The notes beneath the pieces are model-generated. The model made no database searches. It was not told the origin of the DNA and worked only from the letters and a program-made list of their open reading frames with translations. Position numbers and translations under genes: made by a program. DNA of 47,952 nt from Planctomycetota bacterium. GTDB lineage: Bacteria > Planctomycetota > UBA11346. Each line of letters begins with the position of its first letter. Positions within the stretch are counted from its first letter, which is position 1. This document shows, piece after piece, positions 1-9,378 of this stretch. The DNA lies in NCBI GenBank assembly GCA_038213805.1, contig JBBQSO010000039.1, positions 1-47,952 of the forward strand, read 5' to 3'.

Positions 1-723
1 GTCACCTATACGGCGCTCGGCCCGGGCACCGCCAGCGGCCTCGCGCAAGTCACCGCTTTCCTGTCCGGCAAGAGCAACACGCAGGCGCGTGCCTTCGTCT
101 GGGATGCGACGACGCAGGCCTATGTCCAGGTTCCGGGCAGCGAGCCCACCGGGGGTTGGCAGCCGTTCCAGGGCGTATTCCTGGCCACGCGTGTGGCGCC
201 GACCTTCGACTTCAACGGCCACGCCACCACCCTGGACTTCACCCTCACCCTGCGCCCTGGGTTCAATTTCGTCTGCATCCCACCGTTGGACGACAATGGC
301 GTCGCGCTGGTCGACCACGACTTCGTCGACCTGCAGCTTGAGGACACCGCCGGCACGGTCATCGCCGGCACGACGCGCGACGCCCTCATCGGCACTGGCG
401 CCTTCTTCTGGGATGGCACGGCGTACAGCCAGGTTGGCACCCTGCACACCGGCAGCGGCTACTGGATCGAAAACGCCAGTTCGCCGCCGGTGGATCTGGT
501 GGTTCGCCGGCTGTCGGTGTCCTTCCAGCCGCTACCGCCGACCGCTGGCGCTGTGCAGATCACCGCGCGTACGCGCTCCGCGCCTCCGCCCCCGCCTGGC
601 GGCAGCGCCGCGTCCTCGGACAGCGGCGGCAAGAGCTGCGGAGCCGGCACGGGGATCGCCACGCTGGTCATGGCGTTCCTGGCGCTGGCACGAATGCGCT
701 TGCGCGGCTCGCGACGTGGCTGA
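1..723 (+). CDS. 5'-truncated exported/surface protein with a C-terminal Cys-TM-basic sorting-like tail
   Basis: Frame 1 is open from base 1 to TGA at 721-723. It has two similar 'AFxWD...Y.QV' segments, a poly-Pro linker, then SGGKSCGAGTG, a hydrophobic helix and an Arg cluster. Confidence 0.8.
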   Translation, partial: VTYTALGPGTASGLAQVTAFLSGKSNTQARAFVWDATTQAYVQVPGSEPTGGWQPFQGVFLATRVAPTFDFNGHATTLDFTLTLRPGFNFVCIPPLDDNGVALVDHDFVDLQLEDTAGTVIAGTTRDALIGTGAFFWDGTAYSQVGTLHTGSGYWIENASSPPVDLVVRRLSVSFQPLPPTAGAVQITARTRSAPPPPPGGSAASSDSGGKSCGAGTGIATLVMAFLALARMRLRGSRRG

Positions 724-873
724 GCGGGCGCCGGCAACCTGAACCGGATGGTGATTCTGCAGACGTCCGTGCGCGGAGCACCCTGCTCCGTATGGCACGC
801 GATGACTCGCAGCCAGGCGGATGGCGTCAGTCCGGGGAGAAATGCCTGTGACCTGCCGGTGCCCCAAGCCTGT

Positions 874-1542
874 TTATGAGGGCGCGGTGCTGGACGCGCC
901 CGGTTCCGCCTCCACCCCCTGCCGCGGGCACCACGCCGCCAGCGGGCAGCGCGCGCAGCGCGGTTTGAGGCGCCGGCAGCAGTCGCGACCCAGGCGGATC
1001 AACTGATGGCAGAGGGGCACCCACTGGTGGGGCGGGAAGCGCGCGGTCAGGGCGCGCTCGGCCAGCAGCGGGTGCTCCTGCGCGGTCCATCCCAGACGGC
1101 AGACGATGCGCTGGACGTGGACGTCCGCGGCGACCGCCGGGATGCCGAAGGCATTGCCCAGGACCACCGCGGCGGTCTTGCGACCGACCCCGGGCAGGCG
1201 CACCAGCGCCTCGCTCGACTCGGGCACGCGGCCGTGGTGCAGGCGCATGACCGCGCGCGCGGCCTCGACGATGGCGCGCGCCTTCTGACGGAAGAGCGGC
1301 ACCTGGCGCACCGCGCGCTGGAGATCGCGGTGGTCGAGGACGGCGAAGGAATGCGGTCCGGTGTAGTGCTCGTTGAGCACCGCCATGACCTTGTTGACCT
1401 GGAAGTCGGTGGCGCGCGCCGAGAGGATCGCGGCCACCAGCAGTTCCCACGGGGTGCGCCCCGTGAGTTCGCAGCGCGCCTCCGGATAAGCCGCCGCCAG
1501 CGCCCGCCCGATCGCCGCGGTGACCTCATCCCCGACCGGCAT
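874..1542 (-). CDS. nth: endonuclease III (HhH-GPD DNA glycosylase/AP lyase, 4Fe-4S)
   Basis: WELLVAAILSA; HhH motif LPGVGRKTA; catalytic Asp in ADVH; C-terminal C-x6-C-x2-C-x5-C cluster motif. Confidence 0.93.
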   Translation of the reverse strand: MPVGDEVTAAIGRALAAAYPEARCELTGRTPWELLVAAILSARATDFQVNKVMAVLNEHYTGPHSFAVLDHRDLQRAVRQVPLFRQKARAIVEAARAVMRLHHGRVPESSEALVRLPGVGRKTAAVVLGNAFGIPAVAADVHVQRIVCRLGWTAQEHPLLAERALTARFPPHQWVPLCHQLIRLGRDCCRRLKPRCARCPLAAWCPRQGVEAEPGASSTAPS

Positions 1543-1627
1543 GGCAATCCCGCATGACCGCCATGCTGGCGCGGTCCGCCTCCGGTAAAAGAGCGTTCAC
1601 CATACGCCCAGTCGACGATATCGAGGC

Positions 1628-1811
1628 TAGAACCGCCAAGACGCCAAGACGCCAAAGCTCGAAAAGGGGACGGACACGGAAGTTGGAACCGACGAGCGGT
1701 CAACAGTCTTGAAAGCGGGTGTAAAGGACTGCTTTGTATCCTGCGACCGATCGGGTCAAGGCAGCGCGGCTATCATTCCGGTCTTGGCACCTGTGCGTCT
1801 TGACGGATCTA
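1628..1811. repeat. inverted tandem-repeat element, ACGCCAAG unit
   Basis: Left arm TAGAACCGCCAAGACGCCAAGACGCCAAAG (1628-1657). The right arm (1781-1811) reverse-complements to TAGATCCGTCAAGACGCACAGGTGCCAAGAC. Confidence 0.75.
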
Positions 1812-1861
1812 TCACTCGGGTCGTGATTACGCTGATGGGGCAAGGCCCCGCACCAGAGAAC

Positions 1862-2380
1862 TCAGAGCCCGAATTCCGCCGACAGGCCCACGATCCCCTC
1901 GGCGAAGCGCTGCGCGATCACCACCTCGCCGCGCAACGGACGCGGCGAACCGGCATTGACCTCGGAGATGCGGAACCTGACATCCAGGCCGAAGAGTACG
2001 GTGAGCAGGTCGTTGGTGATCGCGACGCCGAACTCCTTGGCCGCATCGATGGCGCTGACCGGACGGCCCTCGAGGTCGACGACCGCGGCCATGGTCTTGC
2101 CGATCTGCCGGGTCAGCCCGCGGCTCAGACCGATGCTCACCGTGCCGGTGCGCGGACCGGCGAAGCGCACTTCGACGACCAGCTCAAAGCCTTCGGCACC
2201 GGGCGCCGGTATCACCGCCTCCGGAGTCAAGCCGCCAACTGAAACACCGATGCGGCTGAGCGCCTCGGAACTCGCCAGCTGGCGCGCCTCATGCGCGGTG
2301 GCCTGCTCTTGGATGGCAGCGCGGCGCTTTCGGCCCGCTGCAGGCTTGGCCTTGATGCCAGGGGGCGTACGACGACGCAT
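1862..2380 (-). CDS. CheX-like protein (divergent)
   Basis: VRFAGPRTGTVSIGL...DAAKEF...LLTVLFG...F resembles the CheX fold pattern. ATG chosen at 2380; the start is uncertain. Confidence 0.55.
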   Translation of the reverse strand: MRRRTPPGIKAKPAAGRKRRAAIQEQATAHEARQLASSEALSRIGVSVGGLTPEAVIPAPGAEGFELVVEVRFAGPRTGTVSIGLSRGLTRQIGKTMAAVVDLEGRPVSAIDAAKEFGVAITNDLLTVLFGLDVRFRISEVNAGSPRPLRGEVVIAQRFAEGIVGLSAEFGL

Positions 2381-2633
2381 GGGCACTGTTCCCGACGACG
2401 TACCCCCGATGACGGTAGCGAATGCAAGGGGATTGGTGGCTGTCATACCTCGACGCATGAGCGAACCCCATGCCGACGGCTTGAATGGCCCAGCACATGA
2501 CTTAGCACGAGAACTGTCGCACATCAGCGACGTGTCCCAATCACAGTTTGGAAGAAATGCGCGGTTCACACCCGGATTTGCTGCTGTCCCCGAACGGAGA
2601 CGGCCAAAACCCCGCGGCGACATGCCGCCAGAC

Positions 2634-3971
2634 TCAGCGCATGCCGTACTTGTTGATCAGGCGCAAGAGCGCGGTGCGACTCATCTTCAGCGTGCGCGCC
2701 GCCTCGCTGGTGTTGCCGCGCGCGCGCACCAGCGCGCTGCGGATGGCGATCCGCGACCAGTCCTCGGCCGCGCGCGCGCGGCCCTGCTTATAGGCCAGGA
2801 ACGCTGAACCGGCGGGGATGGTATCGAGGTGCTCGCTGCCCAGCGTCAAGCCACCCGCCGGGACGCCGCCACCCATCGACTGTGCGGCGGCCGTGGCGCG
2901 CGCCATGGCGCGCTCGAGCGCGTTGGCGAGCTCACGGACGTTGCCTTGCCAGCTGCGCGCGAGCAGCTGGGCGAGCGCGGTGGCCGAGATCGCATGCCGC
3001 ACGCCGCTCGGCACCCCGCGCGCCAGGATCGCATGCACGATCTGCGGGATGTCCTCGGGATGCTCGCGCAGCGGCGGCAGATTGACGTGCAGCACGTGCA
3101 ACCGGTAGTAGAGGTCCTCGCGGAACTGTCCGGCCGCGACGCGCTCGTCCAGGCGGGTGTTCGAGGCGGCAATGATGCGCACATCGCTGGCCTCGGCGTG
3201 CTCCGAACCGAGCGGCCAGATCTCGCGCGCCTCGATGGCGCGCAGGAGCTTGGGCTGCATCGCCAGGGGCAGCGAGTTGACCTCGTCGAGCAGCAGCGTG
3301 CCGCCGCGCGCCATGGCGAAGCGCCCACGCTTGCGCTGGCCTGCGCCGGTGAAAGCGCCGGCCTCGTGACCGAACAGCTCGCTCTCGACCAGCTCCTGCG
3401 GAATCGCCCCGCAGTTGATCGCGACAAAGGGTCCGGCGGCGCGGCGCGACAGCTGGTGGATGGCGCGCGCAGCCAGCTCCTTGCCGGTGCCGGTCTCGCC
3501 GGTGATCAGCACCGGCGCGTCCGAGCCGGCCGCGACATCGATGTCACCGTAGACCCGGCGCATCACCGGACTGGTGCCGACCAGGTCACCGCGACCCGCG
3601 CCGGCGGCAGCGCGCAGCGCCAGGGTGTGGTCGACCTCGCGCAGGTGCAGCAGCAGCTCGTCGGGATCGAAAGGCTTGGTCAGGTAGGCGCGCGCGCCCA
3701 GGCGCATGGCTTCGACCGCCGAGGCGATGGTGCCGTAGCCGGTCATGACGATGACCTCGAGTCCCAGGCGGCGGCTGCGCGCCTCGCGCAGCAGGGCGAT
3801 GCCGTCGAGATCGGGCATGCGCAGGTCGGTGACCAGGACGTCGGTGTCACTGACCTTGGCCAGGGCCTGGGTGCCGTTGGCCGCCCCGACCACGACGTGG
3901 CCGGCGCGCCGTAGCAGCTCCTCGAGGGCGCTGCGCAGGGCCTCATCGTCGTCGGCGAGCAGGATCTTCAT
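2634..3971 (-). CDS. sigma-54-dependent two-component response regulator (REC-AAA+-Fis HTH, NtrC family)
   Basis: REC (LLADDD, TDLRMPD, KPF), Walker A GETGTGKE, GAFTGA, LLLDEV, FREDLYYRL, WQGNVREL and a C-terminal HTH. Confidence 0.95.
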   Translation of the reverse strand: MKILLADDDEALRSALEELLRRAGHVVVGAANGTQALAKVSDTDVLVTDLRMPDLDGIALLREARSRRLGLEVIVMTGYGTIASAVEAMRLGARAYLTKPFDPDELLLHLREVDHTLALRAAAGAGRGDLVGTSPVMRRVYGDIDVAAGSDAPVLITGETGTGKELAARAIHQLSRRAAGPFVAINCGAIPQELVESELFGHEAGAFTGAGQRKRGRFAMARGGTLLLDEVNSLPLAMQPKLLRAIEAREIWPLGSEHAEASDVRIIAASNTRLDERVAAGQFREDLYYRLHVLHVNLPPLREHPEDIPQIVHAILARGVPSGVRHAISATALAQLLARSWQGNVRELANALERAMARATAAAQSMGGGVPAGGLTLGSEHLDTIPAGSAFLAYKQGRARAAEDWSRIAIRSALVRARGNTSEAARTLKMSRTALLRLINKYGMR

Positions 3972-4042
3972 GGCTGGTCCAGGACAGGATTGGCGCTGGC
4001 GGACTCTGACCGACCCCACGGCATGGGCAAGACCAGCTCCGC

Positions 4043-6832
4043 TCAGCCCGGTGCAACGACTGGGCGCAAGCGTTCGTTCACCGGCAGGAGGATCCGGAAG
4101 GCGGCGCCGCCGGTCGACAGGTTGGCGGCCTTAAGCTCGCCACCATGTGCCTCGCAGATGCGCCGCGCCACCGTCAGGCCCAGGCCGGTGCCGTTGACCT
4201 TGGTGGTGAAGAACGGTGTGAACAACTTCTGCGGGTCTTCGCCTAAACCCGGGCCGTCGTCCTCGATGGCGATGCTCAGGCGCTGCTCGTCGAGGCGCGC
4301 CGCGAGGCGCACGTGGCAGCCGCGATCGAGCGCCTGGCAGGCATTCTCGAGCAGGTTAATGAGCACCTCCTGGAGCTGGTCCGCGTCGCCCGAGATCACC
4401 GGCAGATCGTCGGGAACCTCGACCGCGAAGCGGATGCCCTTGGCCTTCATGCGCCCGGCGAAGAGGTCGGCCACGGTGCGGATGAGCGGCGTGGCCGGGA
4501 CGTTGCCATCGCCGGTCTCGCGCTGGCGGGCGAACCCGAGCAGGTTGCGGACGGTGCGCGCGATGCGGTCGACCTGCTCACCGATCATCACCAGATTGCG
4601 GCTGACGTCGGGCAGGTGTGCGAGGTCGCTGCGCAGCAGGCCGAGCCACGCCTTGATCGCGGCAATCGGATTGTTGACCTCGTGCGCCACCACTGCCGCC
4701 ATGCGCCCGACGGTGGCGTCGCGCTGCGCTGCGGCCAGCGCCGCCTCGCCGCGCTTGCGCTCGGTGATGTCGGCGACCATCGCCACCATGCTGGTGACCA
4801 CGCCATCGCCGCCGCGCAGCGGTGCGACCGCCAGGCTCAGATAGATCGGGCTGCCGTCGCGGTGGCGGCGCTTGACCTCGATGCCGAGCAGGGTCTCGCC
4901 GGCCATCGCACGCTCGCGCAGCAGGTGGAACTCGCGCTGCGCCTCCGCGTCGACGATCGGCAGCGGCCGGCCCATGACCTCGTCCTCGCGCCAGCCGAAC
5001 AGACGCTCGGCGGCGGGGTTCCACACCGACTGCACCAGGCCGGCGCCGTCGACGATGTAGATCGCCAGGGGCGAACCCTGGATCATGGTGCGCAGGATGT
5101 CGTGGGCGCGCTGCAGCGACTCTTCGGCGCTCTTGCGACTGGTGACGTCGGTGAGCACGCCATGCACGAACTGAACGCGCGCAGGGTCGCCGGTCACCAC
5201 CTGGGCCTCGTCGGCGACCCACACCACGCGCCCGTCGGCGGCAAGCAGCCGGTACTCGATGGCGAGCGGCCGGCGTTCCTGCACGGCCGTGGCGCGCGCC
5301 GTCAGCACGCGCATGCGGTCGACGGGCAGCAGGCGGTTGACGTAGAAGGCGGGATTGGTGATCCAGCTCTCGGGCGGGAAACCGGTCAGGCGCGCGATCT
5401 GCGGGCTCAGATAGAGCATGCTGCTGCAGTCGTCGAGCGCAGCGATGTAGGTGACGATCGGGATCTGCTCGATGAGCGTGCGGTAACGCGCCTCGGCCAT
5501 CAGCAGGTCCTGCTCGGCGCGCTGGCGCTCGAGGCGCGTGCGCAGCGCCTGCACCCCATAGGAAAGGTTCTCGGCCAGCTCGCGCAGCAGGTCCACCTCG
5601 TCGCGATCGAAGGCGCCGACCTCGGCCGAGCAGATGATCAGTACCGCAAAGCTGCCGCCGGTCACGCGCAACGGCAGACTGATGATCGCGGCCAGGCCGC
5701 GGCTGGCCGCGGTGGCGCGCCATTCCGGGTAGGTGCCATCGTCCTCGTCGAGGCGGGCGATGGCGATGGTCCCGGTCTTGATGCAGGTCCCGGCGGGGTG
5801 GGCGGCGGCGCGGTCGTCGCCCCAGCCGATGCGCAGGCGCGCGATGTCCTCGGTGCGCAGGCCGGCCATCACCACCGGCAGCACCGCGCGCGTCGGGCCC
5901 TGGTCGGCAGCGCCCACCCAGGCCAAGCGGTAGCCGCCGCGCGCCACCACGATGCGGCAGACCTCGTCGAGCAGGTCGTGCTCGCTGGCGGCGCGATGCA
6001 ACGCCTGGGCGGCCTCGCTGAGCACCTGCAGCGAGCGACCCATGCGGCGCATGGCGAGCTCGGCGCGACGGTGCTGGGTGAGGTCCTGGAGCAGCAGCAC
6101 TGCGCCGGCGCCGGGCGCGCCGGCCATCGGCAGGGCGGTGAAGCGCACATGGCGCAGCGCGCCGTCGCGTACGCGCAGGGTCAGCCAGCACGGCGGTGCG
6201 GGTGCGCGGGTGAACTCGGCGATGCGCTCCCAGCCCATGGTGGTGGCCTGGCCCTGCTCGCCGTGCGCTTCGATGACGGTCAGCAGCTGGCCCAGGGCGA
6301 GGCCCTCGCCCTCGCTGCGGCTCCAGCCGCTGAGGCGCTCGGCGCTGGTGTTGAGCAGCAGCACGATGCCGGCGGGATCGACCGCGATGACCGCATCGGC
6401 GATGCCATCGAGGATCGCGGAAAGACCGGCCTCGCTGCTGCGCACGCGCGTCTCGAGTGCGTGCCCGCGCATGGCGATGGCGATGGCAGCGCCGAGTTGC
6501 TCTCGCTGCGGCGGCTTGACCAGGAAGCCGAAGGGCAGGGTGCGTTGGATGCGTTCGATGGTGCTGACGTCGTCGCGTACGGTCAGGAACACCACCGGCA
6601 CAGCACCGCCCTCGCGCATGCGCTCCGCGGTCTCGACGCCGTCGAGCGCTCCAGCCAGCCCGACGTCCATCACCACCAGGTCGACCTGGCGGCCGGCGAG
6701 GAACGTCAGCGCCTCCTCGCCGGTCGGCACCGCGCCCACCAGTTCATGGCCAAGCGCATGCAAATGGCTTTCGAGCAGACGGACGGTGAGCGGATCGTCC
6801 TCCACGACCAGAATGGTGACACGTGGCAGCAT
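4043..6832 (-). CDS. hybrid sensor histidine kinase REC-PAS-GAF-PAS-PAS-HisKA-HATPase
   Basis: N-terminal REC (VVEDD, MDV, KP), PAS motifs, GAF (YRLAWVG...SLPL), H-box AHEVNNP, N-box NLLENA, DDGPG, FFTTK..GTGLGL. ATG at 6832; no transmembrane helix evident. Confidence 0.93.
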   Translation of the reverse strand: MLPRVTILVVEDDPLTVRLLESHLHALGHELVGAVPTGEEALTFLAGRQVDLVVMDVGLAGALDGVETAERMREGGAVPVVFLTVRDDVSTIERIQRTLPFGFLVKPPQREQLGAAIAIAMRGHALETRVRSSEAGLSAILDGIADAVIAVDPAGIVLLLNTSAERLSGWSRSEGEGLALGQLLTVIEAHGEQGQATTMGWERIAEFTRAPAPPCWLTLRVRDGALRHVRFTALPMAGAPGAGAVLLLQDLTQHRRAELAMRRMGRSLQVLSEAAQALHRAASEHDLLDEVCRIVVARGGYRLAWVGAADQGPTRAVLPVVMAGLRTEDIARLRIGWGDDRAAAHPAGTCIKTGTIAIARLDEDDGTYPEWRATAASRGLAAIISLPLRVTGGSFAVLIICSAEVGAFDRDEVDLLRELAENLSYGVQALRTRLERQRAEQDLLMAEARYRTLIEQIPIVTYIAALDDCSSMLYLSPQIARLTGFPPESWITNPAFYVNRLLPVDRMRVLTARATAVQERRPLAIEYRLLAADGRVVWVADEAQVVTGDPARVQFVHGVLTDVTSRKSAEESLQRAHDILRTMIQGSPLAIYIVDGAGLVQSVWNPAAERLFGWREDEVMGRPLPIVDAEAQREFHLLRERAMAGETLLGIEVKRRHRDGSPIYLSLAVAPLRGGDGVVTSMVAMVADITERKRGEAALAAAQRDATVGRMAAVVAHEVNNPIAAIKAWLGLLRSDLAHLPDVSRNLVMIGEQVDRIARTVRNLLGFARQRETGDGNVPATPLIRTVADLFAGRMKAKGIRFAVEVPDDLPVISGDADQLQEVLINLLENACQALDRGCHVRLAARLDEQRLSIAIEDDGPGLGEDPQKLFTPFFTTKVNGTGLGLTVARRICEAHGGELKAANLSTGGAAFRILLPVNERLRPVVAPG

Positions 6833-6995
6833 CGACCGCCCAGCGTTCCCGGGGGGCGGGGAATTCAATCAGAGAGCGGCAAGCAGGGCACGGGGGCGGT
6901 AGGGAAGCAGGGTCGGCAGCCGCCGTGTGACCTATCGCCTACGGGCGCCCCCCTCCGACCGTCGCTTGCCGTCCTCCAAGCCCGCCTCCCGCAGG

Positions 6996-8024
6996 CTAAT
7001 CCATGCGCACAACCCGCCGCGTGAGCATGAAGAACGGTACCAGGAGCAGGATAAGCAGTCCGCCAAGCGGATGGGCTGAAGTCGCGACCAGCGCATCGAG
7101 GAGCATGATCCCGCCGAGGGCGGCGCCGACCACCGGCCCGACCAGTGCGGCGCGGCCGTCACGCAGGGCGGCGAGATAGGGCTTGGCGACGCTACGCAGC
7201 AGCCACACGAACAGCACCGCACCCAGGCCGAAAGCCATGGCCATGCCCACCACCTGCAGGGCGCCGTCGCCCTGGGTGATGCGCGGTAACCAGTGGGCGC
7301 GAACCAGCAGGACGCCGGCGGCGAGGATGGCGCCGAACACCAGCGCGCCACCGATGAGCAGCTCGAGGCGGCGGCCCGCGCGGCTCTCAAGCTCGGAGAT
7401 CAGCGTCACGCCCAGGATGTAGGCGCCAAGCACAAGCGGATAGACCAGTAGGTAGCCCTGTCCAGGAGCCGCCACCGGACCGAGCACGGCCAGTTGCAGG
7501 TAGTCGGGCCCGAGCAGCAGCAGCGCGAAGATGGCGTGCGCGAAGCGCACCAGCGCCATGGTCAGGCTGCCCAGGTACGGCACGTCCTTGGTCACCAGAT
7601 TATAGAGGAAGATCAGCGACAGCACCACGCCGGCTGCATAAAAGCTGTGCGGCGGCCCGTGCTGCGGCGCGCGCTGGAGGTCGACCATCGCGGCGCACAG
7701 CAGCGCCCCGACCGCGAACACCACGCCCGCGACGTAGGCCGCGGCGAGGTTGATGCGCCCGGACGGCAGCGGCCGGCGCGGATGCAGGGTGCGGTCGCGG
7801 TCGACGTCGGCGAGGTCGTTCCAGATCATCCCGGACAGGTAGAGCAGGAAACTCGCTGCGATCACCCACAGCACGCGGATCTCGCCACCCTGGGCGAAGC
7901 GCTTGGCGAGGATGCGCAGATCGAGCGCCTCGCTGGCATAGACCGCCATCAGCACCGCGGCGGTGAGGTTGCTGACGATGGTGAACAGCCCGGACACGCG
8001 CACCAGCTTCAGCCAATCGAGCAT
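6996..8024 (-). CDS. UbiA-family prenyltransferase (EboC-like N-terminus)
   Basis: WNDLADVDRD...RPLPSGRI Asp-rich motif and multiple hydrophobic helices. ATG at 8024. Confidence 0.85.
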   Translation of the reverse strand: MLDWLKLVRVSGLFTIVSNLTAAVLMAVYASEALDLRILAKRFAQGGEIRVLWVIAASFLLYLSGMIWNDLADVDRDRTLHPRRPLPSGRINLAAAYVAGVVFAVGALLCAAMVDLQRAPQHGPPHSFYAAGVVLSLIFLYNLVTKDVPYLGSLTMALVRFAHAIFALLLLGPDYLQLAVLGPVAAPGQGYLLVYPLVLGAYILGVTLISELESRAGRRLELLIGGALVFGAILAAGVLLVRAHWLPRITQGDGALQVVGMAMAFGLGAVLFVWLLRSVAKPYLAALRDGRAALVGPVVGAALGGIMLLDALVATSAHPLGGLLILLLVPFFMLTRRVVRMD

Positions 8025-8076
8025 GGCGGATGTGCTTACCGGCTGGCGCGGAGGAACCAAGGGGACAACCTCATTT

Positions 8077-8224
8077 CAGACCCTAGACGCTAGACCCTAA
8101 ACTCTAGGTCGTGGCACGGTGTGGCTGATCGGGACCGACGTTGGGAAAACCTCACTCGGGAGAAATGGCGCGCCATCGCATCCCCGCAGCCAACCTCATC
8201 CCAGTACCTAGGGTCTAGGGTCTG
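8077..8224. repeat. inverted tandem-repeat element, GACCCTA unit
   Basis: CAGACCCTAGACGCTAGACCCTAAACTCTAGG (8077-8108) versus ACCTAGGGTCTAGGGTCTG (8206-8224). Confidence 0.8.
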
Positions 8225-8237
8225 CGCCGCCCCGGCG

Positions 8238-9362
8238 CTACCCGATCACGACGATCGGTTCCTGATCCACGGCGCCCACCGGCCGCGGCCGGCGCAGACG
8301 CAACGCAACCGTCTCCCCCAGCAGCCGCGGCGGGCCTTCCGCCTCCCAACGCTGACCCTCGGCGATGGTCGCCGCGCCCAGGCCGCTGCACACCGGCAGG
8401 CCGCCACCGAGGGTGGCGAAGCCGGTGTAGAGCTCGAGGCGGTCGTAGAGGCCGGCGCGCAGGAAGGCGCCGTGGATGTGCGCGCCGCCCTCGACCAGCA
8501 GTTCGTTGAAACCGTACTGGCCGAGCGCCTGCGCGACCTGCAGCGGATCGTGCGGGTCGGAAACGGCGAGCAGTTCGATGGCGTGCGAGCGTAGCGCGGC
8601 GAGGTTGTCCGCGGGCGCCTGCGCCCCGTGCACCACCAGCACCGGCGCCTGCGCACGCGTCGCCACCAGCATCGAGCCATCCTTGAGCTCGGCGCGCGAG
8701 GACAGCACGATGCGCACCGGGGTGCGCTCGCCGACCTGCGCCGAAAGCAGGCTGGGGTCGTCGTGGAAGGCGGTGCCTGAGCCGATCACGATGCCATCGA
8801 AGACGCGCCGGCGGCGACGGCTCGCGGCCAGCGCCGGCAGACTCGAGATCCATGCGCTGTCGAGCTCGCCGGTGGCGATCGAGCCGTCGAGGGTCATCGC
8901 CCACTTGCCGGTGAAGCGCGGGCGACCGACCGCGACGCGACTGAGGAAGCCGCCGTGCAGGTGCGCGGCCAGCTCCTGCTGGCAACCCTCCTCGTAGGCG
9001 ATGCCCGCGGCCTCGAGCTGTTCCCCCGCCTCGTCCTGGTTGGGATCGCCGATCGCGGCGACCACACGCGCCACGCGCGCCGCGACCAGCGCCGCGACGC
9101 AGGGCGGCTGCCGGCCTTGGCGGGTGCATGGCGCAAGCGTGACATAGACCGTGGCACCTGCGGGATCGTGGCCCTGGGCGCGGCAGTGGCCCAGCGCGTT
9201 GACCTCGGCGTGGGCCTGGCCGTAGACCGCGTGGCGGCCCTGGCCGAGCAGCCGGCCGTCCTTGACCACCACCGCGCCGACGCCGGGGTTTGGCCAGGTG
9301 CGGCCCAGACTCAGTGTGGCGAGGCGCAGCGCCCGCAGCATCCATTGCCGGTCGTCGGTCAT
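8238..9362 (-). CDS. ribD: bifunctional riboflavin deaminase/reductase
   Basis: TWPNPGVGAVVV, HAEVNAL, PC..x..PPC zinc motif, KWAMTLDG, LLVEGG. ATG at 9362. Confidence 0.95.
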   Translation of the reverse strand: MTDDRQWMLRALRLATLSLGRTWPNPGVGAVVVKDGRLLGQGRHAVYGQAHAEVNALGHCRAQGHDPAGATVYVTLAPCTRQGRQPPCVAALVAARVARVVAAIGDPNQDEAGEQLEAAGIAYEEGCQQELAAHLHGGFLSRVAVGRPRFTGKWAMTLDGSIATGELDSAWISSLPALAASRRRRRVFDGIVIGSGTAFHDDPSLLSAQVGERTPVRIVLSSRAELKDGSMLVATRAQAPVLVVHGAQAPADNLAALRSHAIELLAVSDPHDPLQVAQALGQYGFNELLVEGGAHIHGAFLRAGLYDRLELYTGFATLGGGLPVCSGLGAATIAEGQRWEAEGPPRLLGETVALRLRRPRPVGAVDQEPIVVIG

Positions 9363-9378
9363 GGCCGGGCATCCGGGA

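Noticed and set aside
793..807. TGGCACG sigma-54 -24 box (also at 8112-8126)
   Set aside because: No correctly spaced -12 TTGC/GC element.
4313..7024. 903-aa plus-strand ORF (and similar shadows such as 33675-35930 and 40566-41945)
   Set aside because: Antisense to well-supported genes, with no recognisable motifs.
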